DNA of 62,220 nt, taken from the NCBI GenBank assembly GCA_001816475.1, contig MHCC01000013.1, positions 1 through 62,220 on the forward strand. Direction: 5' to 3'. The notes below the pieces were generated by a model. The model was given only the letters and a program-made list of their open reading frames with translations. It was not told the origin of the DNA and searched no databases. Below, one piece after another: positions 44,400 to 53,106 of the stretch; the stretch's first letter is position 1; each line of letters begins with the position of its first letter. This stretch comes from Candidatus Blackburnbacteria bacterium RIFCSPLOWO2_01_FULL_40_20 (GTDB taxonomy: Bacteria; Patescibacteriota; Microgenomatia; UBA8517; UBA10165). The position numbers were made by a program, and so were the translations under genes.

Positions 44400-45478
44400 G
44401 CTTTTGCTCCTTCATAAACTTTTAATGTTTCTTGTGCAGTTTTTTCCCAGGAAAAATTGTTGACTCTCTCGTTTCCTTTTTGAATCCACTTTTTTCTATT
44501 TTTCAAAACTTCTTCGATTCCTTTAGCTATCATATCAACATCATTTGGATTTACAAGTATTGCCCCATCCCCTGCTACTTCCGGCATACTTGAAATATTT
44601 GAAGTAACAACTGGACAGCCAATCCGCATCGCCTCAAGAATAGGCAATCCAAACCCTTCATATGTTGAAACGTAGGTTAGTGCTTCTGCTCCCGAATACA
44701 AACAATTCAAATCTTGTTTTGTTACATGACCAGTATAAATAACACCTGGTCTTGTTGGTAAATCTGCCCACATCCTACCTGTTACTACTAAATTTAGATT
44801 TTCTACCTTTCCCTTCACTTTACCAAATGCAGTAATTAAATTCGGAATATTTTTCCTTGGATCTGCCCCAACAGCCAATAAATACTTACCTCTTATTCCA
44901 AATTTGCTGATCACTCTTTCTTTGTCTGTATCTGTAACTTTATCTACTGACAAGTCGACAGCTTCAGGGATTACAACAATTTTTTCAGGATCAATTTGCA
45001 AAAGTTCAACAATTTCTCTTTTTGTAAATTCCGAAACTGCAATTATTTTGTCCACTTCTCTTTTAACCCACTTTAACCGTCTTTTATGTACCCCCACAAT
45101 TATGGGGTGAGAAATGCCAGGAAACCTTAAAGGCACAAGGTCGTGAATTGTAGTAACCTTAAACGCTTTCGTGGGTGGTTGTGTCCAGTCAGATGAATGA
45201 AAAGCATCAACCTTTCCTATCAACGTTTCAATCGGTAAAATATGCAACTTATTCCATAACAAATCTGCTACAGTTGGTGCAATTGGATAAGTCTTCAAAT
45301 ACTTTACACTTTGTTCGTTAAGGATTTTTTTAAATTCTCCACTCCGGCGCAATGATCCGCCAAAAAGGCAATATTCATTTTGCTTGTCAATTTCAAGAAG
45401 CGCTTCGACCAAATTCTTGGTATACGAAGAAACTCCGGTTTGATAAATTAGAGACGATACGTCAATACCTATTCGCAT
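44396..45478 (-). CDS. GT4-family glycosyltransferase
   Basis: YEGFGLPILEAMRIGCPVVTS. Confidence 0.85.
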   Translation of the reverse strand: MRIGIDVSSLIYQTGVSSYTKNLVEALLEIDKQNEYCLFGGSLRRSGEFKKILNEQSVKYLKTYPIAPTVADLLWNKLHILPIETLIGKVDAFHSSDWTQPPTKAFKVTTIHDLVPLRFPGISHPIIVGVHKRRLKWVKREVDKIIAVSEFTKREIVELLQIDPEKIVVIPEAVDLSVDKVTDTDKERVISKFGIRGKYLLAVGADPRKNIPNLITAFGKVKGKVENLNLVVTGRMWADLPTRPGVIYTGHVTKQDLNCLYSGAEALTYVSTYEGFGLPILEAMRIGCPVVTSNISSMPEVAGDGAILVNPNDVDMIAKGIEEVLKNRKKWIQKGNERVNNFSWEKTAQETLKVYEGAKA

Positions 45479-46886
45479 ATGCTAAAGAGTTACTTTTCTC
45501 ATATTTCCAAATCACCACTCCATTAAAATCTTTTTCTTCAATCTTTTTGTAGCCTGCATTTTCTATATCATGACGAAGTTTGTCTTTAGGGTCAAATATG
45601 GGCTGGCTGAAACGCACAAGCCAAATGAACTGGTATCCCCCATTTACACCTTCAGGGCCGTAAGACGGAACTGTTTGGGAATAATACCTGTAAGGATCTC
45701 GCTGGCTGTTTGCAACGAAAATTGCAGTCGTTGAGTCTTGTGAGTTGTTTTCTATCCAAGAAACAGCACTTTTCCAGTCCTCGCGGTGAAAACGCGGATT
45801 AAAAAGGTAAATACTAGTAGACGTAAGGTTTACTGCTATCACTCCAACCAACAACAACCTTTTAAGATTATTATTTCTACAAAAAGACCCTCCCGCGGCA
45901 ACCAATAAGTAGAATGCTGGCAAAACAAACAAAAATCTAAAATAACTATATATTGATAATTTCAATCCGACAAGAGCTGCCAACAACAAGGGAACAATAA
46001 GCCACAACCAAGTAAACTTTGTGTTTTTCCAGTTTAGCAAGCTGTTTTTTAATGGAATTAAAAAAACAAGCGCCGCAATTCCAACCCCTAAGGCATAAAT
46101 TTCCTTGTCGTATGATGAGATTCTGCCAACCATAAATTTTATTGGAACTAAGGCAAGTTGCTTTGCGTTTACACCTCCTAATACCATCCACCAACCAGGA
46201 ACATCGGTTTTTACAGCCATTGAAACTAAAAACTGGGAATAAAATGTTTGAGACCAGATACCAAAAGAAAGCACTAAGGCTAAAACAAGAACGCTCCATT
46301 TTTTAATATTTTCAGCAAGCATTTTTCTTTGAAATGCAATTAGATAAACTCCTAAGAAAGGAAATAAAAACAAGAGAGGATAGTCTGTGTAAATTAGGAG
46401 AATACTAGAAAGCGAAAAAAGCACCCAGAACAGCAAGTTTCTTGGTCCCTCTACCACTCTAAGGAAAAACCATACAACTGCTAATGCAATTGTACTTGCA
46501 GGTACATACATTCTGGCTTCTTGTGAATAGTAAATATGCAGGGGGGCTATTGATAATAAAAGCGCGGCAACTAAACCAACATTTTTTGAAAACAGCTTAC
46601 TGCCTATCATGTAAATTAAGATAATACCCAAAAGACCTAAAAAAACAGACAAACTTCTTGCCCCAATTTCAGATGATCCAAAAAGATATATCCAAAAATG
46701 TAAAACTAAATAATAAAGAGGCGGATGGAAATCTCCTGGAGAAAATTTTGTCAAAATTTGGCTTACTGAAAAATCACGCGCCACCAAGATACTTGTTGCC
46801 TCGTCCAACCAAAGTGATTGATCAAGGTTAATTAGTCGAAAAACTAAGCCTAATAATACAATCCCTACCAGATACTTATTTTGCAC
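45462..46886 (-). CDS. GT-C fold glycosyltransferase (ArnT/PMT_2-like)
   Basis: NLDQSLWLDEATSILVAR first-loop motif; about 12 TM segments plus a C-terminal soluble domain. Confidence 0.75.
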   Translation of the reverse strand: MQNKYLVGIVLLGLVFRLINLDQSLWLDEATSILVARDFSVSQILTKFSPGDFHPPLYYLVLHFWIYLFGSSEIGARSLSVFLGLLGIILIYMIGSKLFSKNVGLVAALLLSIAPLHIYYSQEARMYVPASTIALAVVWFFLRVVEGPRNLLFWVLFSLSSILLIYTDYPLLFLFPFLGVYLIAFQRKMLAENIKKWSVLVLALVLSFGIWSQTFYSQFLVSMAVKTDVPGWWMVLGGVNAKQLALVPIKFMVGRISSYDKEIYALGVGIAALVFLIPLKNSLLNWKNTKFTWLWLIVPLLLAALVGLKLSIYSYFRFLFVLPAFYLLVAAGGSFCRNNNLKRLLLVGVIAVNLTSTSIYLFNPRFHREDWKSAVSWIENNSQDSTTAIFVANSQRDPYRYYSQTVPSYGPEGVNGGYQFIWLVRFSQPIFDPKDKLRHDIENAGYKKIEEKDFNGVVIWKYEKSNSLAYANRY

Positions 46887-47766
46887 TTTTTCCTCCTATT
46901 AAAACACTTAATGCGCCCACAAAAATTCCCAAATCATAAGTAACTTTAAATACAAAAAATGCAGGTGAAATATTTAGTATGGACTTTGTTATTCCAAACA
47001 GAAGGGATACTGGAAAAGAAGACCTCACGGCTGCGATCAAAGTTCCAATTTTGCCAAGTTTATATTTCCTTTTCCCGATCCATTTTGCTTGTTTATAAAC
47101 CTCGGATAAGGTTCCAGGGTTCTCGTGATAAAACCTTGCTCCCTTTGCGGCAATTGCCTCGTAGCCAAGTTTCTCCGACAACGTCCAGTCGTCTGTATAT
47201 CCTATAGGCATAAACCCCCCTACTCTTTCAAACTCACTTTTTAAAATTGCCCGAAAAACTTTTTGATGGTCTGGGTAGTTTTTAGGATGTCTTCTTCCTT
47301 TTTCCCATCCTTCGTTTATTCCCCAACAGACAGACCATTGGTTCTGATTATTTTTGACATATTCTTCTTTGCTAAAAGTTCCCTTAGCACGACCACCAAT
47401 AATCGGTTCCACTAGCATATTGACAAACTCCGAGTCAAACGTCATGTCAGAGTCTACAAAAACCAGTATTTTGCCTATTGCGTGCTTTGCTCCCAAATTT
47501 CTTGCTTCACCTGGGCCTTTATGGTTTTGCTTAAAAAATTGAAAATTGCCGCCCTTGGCGAGCCTCGCCTTTGGCGGGAAAATTGATTCCGATCTGATCG
47601 GAATTGAAAATTGAAAATTTGACAAAATATTCAGCGTTTTGTCAGACGATCCGTCGTCAACCAAAATTATTTCAAGATCTTTGTACGTCTGTTTCGACAA
47701 AGACTCCAAACATTCACTTATTACTTTTTCTTCGTTGTATATTGGAATTATTACCGATACTTTCAT
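46876..47766 (-). CDS. GT2-family glycosyltransferase with an internal repeat-rich insert
   Basis: ATG at 47766 (MKVSVIIPIYNEE), 2 nt after the upstream gene's stop. VDDGSSDKT, VDSDM. Confidence 0.8.
   Translation of the reverse strand: MKVSVIIPIYNEEKVISECLESLSKQTYKDLEIILVDDGSSDKTLNILSNFQFSIPIRSESIFPPKARLAKGGNFQFFKQNHKGPGEARNLGAKHAIGKILVFVDSDMTFDSEFVNMLVEPIIGGRAKGTFSKEEYVKNNQNQWSVCWGINEGWEKGRRHPKNYPDHQKVFRAILKSEFERVGGFMPIGYTDDWTLSEKLGYEAIAAKGARFYHENPGTLSEVYKQAKWIGKRKYKLGKIGTLIAAVRSSFPVSLLFGITKSILNISPAFFVFKVTYDLGIFVGALSVLIGGKSAK
47537..47620. repeat. GAAAATTG-type short repeats flanking two palindromes, in frame inside the GT2 CDS
   Basis: AATTGAAAATTG at 47537-47548 and 47602-47613. GGCGAG-C-CTCGCC at 47563-47575. 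TTCCGATC-T-GATCGGAA at 47587-47603. Confidence 0.6.
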
Positions 47767-48773
47767 AATTTTGAAAGAAGAGTTTCGTACCTTTGGGCAA
47801 TGCTGTTCCAAGAAAACTTATCTGCTTGAAGTCGCGGCTTGTTGCCCCATTTGGCGTCCAGTGCTTTTTTAATGGCATTTGCATAATCATCAACATTTTC
47901 TGGATCAACAAAAATTCCAGCATCCCCTACTATTTCTCTCCTAATTGGATCATCGTTTACCACAACCGGCAAGTTTGTTGACATTGCCTCAGTTATTACT
48001 ATTTCAAAAGAATAGTAACTTTCAGACGGTATAGTAAAAACGTCAGCAATGCGATATAAATCCGGCATTTTGTCGTGTGTCACTGTTATTAAATAAAACC
48101 TATCTCCCAGAAGTTCTTCTCCCATTCTTTTGATTTCTTCTTTTAATGCCCCGTCGCCCGCCACCAAAAGGCTAACTCCATTGAGTTTTGCTACGGCCTT
48201 TATCGCTAAGTCAATTCTTTTTGTTGGAGTTAAAGCACCAACGCATAAAACAATAGGCTTCTTTAAAGCAATATGTGGAGTTTTTCCAAAAGGTCTAAAC
48301 TCAGTCAAATCTACTCCATTTGGAATGTATTCAACCTTAACAAACGGATTCACTTTTTTTGCCCACAACTTTGCTTGGGAAGATAGGGCAATAAAACAAT
48401 CTGGAAATGACCACAGGTTTACTCGCTCATCCCAACCTTTTCCGGATTGGCCGGAAATAATCATTTTTCCGCCATACAACTTTGTAACAATCCTCGTTAT
48501 TAAAGCTTCCCAGCCACTGTTTAATGGGATCACTGCGTCATAACGGTTCTTATAAATTTTGCCTGCATTTTTCAAAGCAAACTTCAATATACGTAAGTCA
48601 TATGGCGTTAGAAAAAATCTCCAAAGAAGTGGCCATCTTCCTGGCAATGCTTCTCTTGATGACAATATAGTTACGTCGTGATTTTTCTCTAGTCTTTTTG
48701 CAAGCTCTTTAACGTAAGTTTCAGCACCTCTATTGGCTAATCCTTGAGTAGCATTTAAGAAGCATATTTTCAT
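47763..48773 (-). CDS. GT4-family glycosyltransferase
   Basis: GT-B pattern, ...SFEIVITEAMSTNLPVVV. Confidence 0.8.
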   Translation of the reverse strand: MKICFLNATQGLANRGAETYVKELAKRLEKNHDVTILSSREALPGRWPLLWRFFLTPYDLRILKFALKNAGKIYKNRYDAVIPLNSGWEALITRIVTKLYGGKMIISGQSGKGWDERVNLWSFPDCFIALSSQAKLWAKKVNPFVKVEYIPNGVDLTEFRPFGKTPHIALKKPIVLCVGALTPTKRIDLAIKAVAKLNGVSLLVAGDGALKEEIKRMGEELLGDRFYLITVTHDKMPDLYRIADVFTIPSESYYSFEIVITEAMSTNLPVVVNDDPIRREIVGDAGIFVDPENVDDYANAIKKALDAKWGNKPRLQADKFSWNSIAQRYETLLSKL

Positions 48774-50167
48774 TTATTTTTCTCCCAAACCCATACACCA
48801 GGAGTTAACTCCTTCATCCAAGTGTAATTATTTAACATCCAATTTACAATTATTTTTGGTTGGTAGGTTCCATGATCAAACCAATTTCCATTTGAAGGAA
48901 CTCTCCACAAAATATAATCTGGCTTGTGATTGTCCCATCTAGAAATGATATCTTCTTGAACTCCTGGAATTTCTAAATACCATCCAAAATTATCAGTCCA
49001 AGGTTTCGGCGGGATAGTATTTGTCATTACGTAATATTGAGAGGGTAAACCCAAAAGAAATATATTTTTGCTGTCGCCAATACTTTCTCTTATCGAACGA
49101 GCCATCTTCACCTCGTCTTTGCCGTAAAATCTTGGTTCTTTTTTCCAGTCATTTGTCAAAACTGGTCTAAAAATCAACGGAACTGATAAAAGTAAAAAAA
49201 CAGAAAAAACCGCAATGCTTAACTTGAGATTAAGTTTTTGCAATAACACACCATATAGTAAAACAAAAAATATTAGAGATGGTTGAAAATGAAAAAAAGA
49301 AAACCTTGGATAAATAGCTACTAAACCTGCAAGCAAAAAAAATAAACTTAGCTGAATTTTTTTATCAGACAATATTTTCCGCTTTAAAACAAGTAAAACC
49401 AACACAGGAACAATTAATAAAGCGAGAACAGCTAGTTGGTGATTCGTCGGCGACATTTGAACATATCCTGGAAAATTTTTCCATTGGAAAAGTGGGGAAT
49501 AGATTGTCCAGTTCCAAAATTCTCCAAGTTGCTTTTCTTGAGCTATTCTTGCTAAAAATACTATCCAAAGAAGCGCAGTCCCTGAAACAAAAACTGCGAC
49601 ACGCTTTACGTTTGTTTTTGTGAACAGCAAATATAAAAGAAAAACCAGTGCAAAAATTCCTGCAGTTTGTTTTATTAAAGAAGCAACTCCAAACGACAGT
49701 CCAGCTAAAAATAGATTATAGTTTACTCCACCCTCTTTGTTGATCCACCTAAAAGAAAAATAAACTCCCGAAAGTATTGGTAAAACAATAGCAATATCAA
49801 ACCAAAGCATGTCTCCATCTAAAAAAGGCTGAAGTAAAACATATAAACCAGTTGCAAATAGGGCGACCTTGCTTTTACTTGTTAACTTTAAACTATTAAA
49901 ATACACCAGAGTACTTGAAAACAAAATTAAAACCCAGGTGATAATTTGTAAAACTTCAATTTTGTAACCGAATATTTTGTAAATGTATGCCAAACTAACG
50001 CTCAGTAGCGGAGGATAGGGATGGATTATATCCCGATACATCAAAAAACCGTTATTTTTGAGGTATGCGTACGAAAACATTTCAGGCCATGCAGTAAATT
50101 GCAGATTAATCAACAACAAAAGTTGCAAAACCAATAATGGAATAATTAATAAGTGCCAGTTTTTCAT
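48770..50167 (-). CDS. polytopic membrane protein, GT-C-like architecture (putative glycosyltransferase)
   Basis: 465 aa, about 11 TM segments followed by a ~110-aa soluble C-terminus. No strong motif recalled. Confidence 0.5.
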   Translation of the reverse strand: MKNWHLLIIPLLVLQLLLLINLQFTAWPEMFSYAYLKNNGFLMYRDIIHPYPPLLSVSLAYIYKIFGYKIEVLQIITWVLILFSSTLVYFNSLKLTSKSKVALFATGLYVLLQPFLDGDMLWFDIAIVLPILSGVYFSFRWINKEGGVNYNLFLAGLSFGVASLIKQTAGIFALVFLLYLLFTKTNVKRVAVFVSGTALLWIVFLARIAQEKQLGEFWNWTIYSPLFQWKNFPGYVQMSPTNHQLAVLALLIVPVLVLLVLKRKILSDKKIQLSLFFLLAGLVAIYPRFSFFHFQPSLIFFVLLYGVLLQKLNLKLSIAVFSVFLLLSVPLIFRPVLTNDWKKEPRFYGKDEVKMARSIRESIGDSKNIFLLGLPSQYYVMTNTIPPKPWTDNFGWYLEIPGVQEDIISRWDNHKPDYILWRVPSNGNWFDHGTYQPKIIVNWMLNNYTWMKELTPGVWVWEKNK

Positions 50168-51000
50168 TTTTTTGCCAAGACCGTTAACCCCGTTCCCATC
50201 CCTAACTTAGAAACAATTAGATTTGGAATTGCGCTAATTGCCTCTCCAAAAAAGCGTTTTTTCCCGCCAGTCAAACTTTCAAATAGCTCTTTTGCTGGGC
50301 TAGCGTATTCCCAAACTCCCGAGTGGGTTTCAGCATATATAATCTTTAAACCAGTACCTGTCAAAAGATAAGACAGAGACTTCAGTGTAAAGTGCCATTT
50401 GTGTTCTTGTGGCAATATGTACTTCCAGTTGCTTCCCCAAATTTTTGCAGATAAACTTTCAAAATTTGGAACGTCAACTAAAAGCATCCCGTCTTTTTTC
50501 AATATACCGTTTATTCTTTCCAGAATATCGTTTGGATTTTCCATATGCTCCAAGACATGATTCATTATCACCAAATCAAAAGTTTCTTTATTGAATTTTG
50601 AATTTTCGAATGACTTATTCAAGGTAGTAATACCCCTTTTTCGAGACACTTTACATGCCTCTTTCGATGGCTCAATTCCAGCCACTTCCCAACCTGAATT
50701 TTTTAAAAGCGAAAGCATCAAACCTGACGAAGAACCAATTTCTAAAGCAGTTCCGGGCTTCCTAAATTTTCCTATTAGCCTAACTCTCTTTTGAAAAATA
50801 TTTTTAAACTGTTTCTCTGAATCAAAATAAACTGTGTCCCTGTGGTATGAATTATAATTCTGCCTTATTTCATCTAAAGTTTTTCCTAATCCACAAGCCG
50901 CACATTTTACTAACCGAGTCTTAGTTCCCACTATAAATATTTCACCGCCACACGCAAAACAAATTTGAGATTGAATCATAAACTTATTAGTAGCCAACAC
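50164..51000 (-). CDS. class I SAM-dependent methyltransferase with N-terminal CxxC...CxxC zinc ribbon
   Basis: CFACGG...CAACG; ALEIGSSSGLM (motif I); DLVIMNHVLEH. Confidence 0.8.
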   Translation of the reverse strand: MLATNKFMIQSQICFACGGEIFIVGTKTRLVKCAACGLGKTLDEIRQNYNSYHRDTVYFDSEKQFKNIFQKRVRLIGKFRKPGTALEIGSSSGLMLSLLKNSGWEVAGIEPSKEACKVSRKRGITTLNKSFENSKFNKETFDLVIMNHVLEHMENPNDILERINGILKKDGMLLVDVPNFESLSAKIWGSNWKYILPQEHKWHFTLKSLSYLLTGTGLKIIYAETHSGVWEYASPAKELFESLTGGKKRFFGEAISAIPNLIVSKLGMGTGLTVLAKK

Positions 51001-51838
51001 CGCTTGGAATTAATCGCCTTTTCGCCTTTTTAAGCGGCGTTTCAAAAAAGGCTCTGAATTTGTAAGCATAATCACTTTTTATCCACGGAGATGTCACCAC
51101 TTTGGGCCTATATCTAAACAACACCTCGGGGTAATAAAAATCATACGGAAAAGATAAACCCAGTTCATATTTTAATTTTTTAGATCGTTTCGGAACATCT
51201 TTTTCCAAATCAAATTTTGCTGCACGAGAAATATTTGTTGCGTGTAAATATGGTGCATCAACAAAGGTTATCTTTGAAGAGTCCCGGTCTTGGATCATCT
51301 CCCCGTTCTCATCAGTCCAACCCCAAACTCCATGTACTCCAGAAGAAGAAAGCCCGGAAATTTTTCGGTTTATGCCTCGAAGGTTTAAATGTCCTCTTCT
51401 TCCTGCAAGATTATAGTTGCCAGCCAGTGGCTCTTGATAATGAAAAATGTCGCCCACTAAATTATACGTTGGAACAACAATTGACTCTAAGTTTTCACCG
51501 TCATCTTGAATTGCTTCGACCACTTTGCGTATCGAGTCGTCCCACCATACTTCATCCCCATCAACAACTAATAACCAATCAGTGTTGGTTGCCTCAAGCA
51601 TGTCCTGGCGAGCTATTGCAAAAGTTTGAGAATCAACTGGCCCATACTCTTTAAAATGTATTTTTTTATTTTTATCGGCTTTTCTAATTTCTTCGATAAT
51701 TTCTATGGTTCCGTCACGACTACCCGTGTCCCACAATAAAATTTGATCAACATGATTAATTACAGACATCACAGAAAACCAAACGAATCGAGCTTCGTTT
51801 TTAACTAAACAATGTGCAGTAACAGTTTTACGCTTCAT
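50987..51838 (-). CDS. GT2-like glycosyltransferase
   Basis: LVKNEARFV, WDTGSRDGT, VVDGDE. Confidence 0.6.
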   Translation of the reverse strand: MKRKTVTAHCLVKNEARFVWFSVMSVINHVDQILLWDTGSRDGTIEIIEEIRKADKNKKIHFKEYGPVDSQTFAIARQDMLEATNTDWLLVVDGDEVWWDDSIRKVVEAIQDDGENLESIVVPTYNLVGDIFHYQEPLAGNYNLAGRRGHLNLRGINRKISGLSSSGVHGVWGWTDENGEMIQDRDSSKITFVDAPYLHATNISRAAKFDLEKDVPKRSKKLKYELGLSFPYDFYYPEVLFRYRPKVVTSPWIKSDYAYKFRAFFETPLKKAKRRLIPSGVGY

Positions 51839-53106
51839 TTCTTGTCCCCCATTTTTCTAAGGGCATAATAATAAGCAACAACAAGTGTCGTCGTATTGAT
51901 TATTCCTAAAGCAACAATCGGCGCAAAAATGCTGATTTTAGGGATTAGCAACAAATTTACAAGCAAAATTGTTGGGAGTTGTAAAAAAGACAATATGGTA
52001 ATAATTTTTGGCATTTTAAAGTGATAAATTAATATATTTACCGCAGGCATGGATAATACAAAAGGTATTTGTACAACCAATAGCCATTGCAAAACAGATC
52101 CTGATTGCTCGTACTGGTCTCCAAATAAAGAAATAACTAAGGGGGCAACCAATACTCCCAAAAGTACAATTGCCGACATAACAAGAGATAAACCCACAGA
52201 CTTGCTAAAATATTTTCTAAGTTCGTTCCTATCTGAAATCAACGCAAAACGAGATGCAATAATTGTCGCTAAACTACCTACAATCATAGGTATTCCTACT
52301 GCAAGGCGAGACGCAGCCCCGTATATTCCTGCCTCGTAAGTTCCCGCCAGTTGAATAATTAGTAGTATGTCAAGTCGCGGAGAAGCAGTTGAAACAATCT
52401 TATTCAACCCCATCCACGAAGAAAACTTAAAAACCTCTTTGTATGTTTTTGCCACACTCCAGCTAAGCTTGGGCTTAGCACCAACAAAAAACAGTGATAC
52501 TAAAAATACTAAAAACAGACTGCCCGAAAAAACAAATAAAGTGCTCTCCGTCGTCAAGTCTCCCGCGAGGTATAACGCTGCCAAAAACCCTATTCTAAAA
52601 ACATTAGACAGGGAAATTAAAATCGCTGCAGCCTTCCAATCTCTTTTGGATTCGATAGAAAAAATCTGGAAATCTAAAAGCAAGCTCGCGATAAACCCTA
52701 GAGCGGTAAATACCATAAGCAGGTAATTATCTGAGTGGAAAATTAGTCGCGAAAGAAAACCGGAAAATGCTAGTAAAATCAAAAAGAGAATTATGCCGGT
52801 CAGAAGTCTTAAAGAAAAAAGGTCTCGATATGTTCTCTTAATTTTTTCTCTTTCTGCGCCGTCATCCCATCTACCAGACGCAACTTGAAAAAAAGCTGAT
52901 CCAAGCCCAATGTCGCCAAGTGCCACCAAAATCGTTATCAAACTTCCAACGCCTGCAACCAATCCCCAATTGGAAGGACCTAAAAATCTAGCGGCCAAGA
53001 CCGTAAAAATAATCCCCAAAACAGAAGAGATTAGGTTGCCCACAAAAACTACGGAGCTGTCTTTTATTGTTGCTGAAAATAATAACCTCTTTGCCTTTGT
53101 AATCAC
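51835..53106 (-). CDS. Wzx-like polysaccharide flippase (MOP superfamily)
   Basis: 423 aa, about 12-14 TM segments. N-terminus ...FVGNLISSVLGIIFTVLAARFLGPSNWG is typical of the Polysacc_synt family. Confidence 0.75.
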   Translation of the reverse strand: MITKAKRLLFSATIKDSSVVFVGNLISSVLGIIFTVLAARFLGPSNWGLVAGVGSLITILVALGDIGLGSAFFQVASGRWDDGAEREKIKRTYRDLFSLRLLTGIILFLILLAFSGFLSRLIFHSDNYLLMVFTALGFIASLLLDFQIFSIESKRDWKAAAILISLSNVFRIGFLAALYLAGDLTTESTLFVFSGSLFLVFLVSLFFVGAKPKLSWSVAKTYKEVFKFSSWMGLNKIVSTASPRLDILLIIQLAGTYEAGIYGAASRLAVGIPMIVGSLATIIASRFALISDRNELRKYFSKSVGLSLVMSAIVLLGVLVAPLVISLFGDQYEQSGSVLQWLLVVQIPFVLSMPAVNILIYHFKMPKIITILSFLQLPTILLVNLLLIPKISIFAPIVALGIINTTTLVVAYYYALRKMGDKK

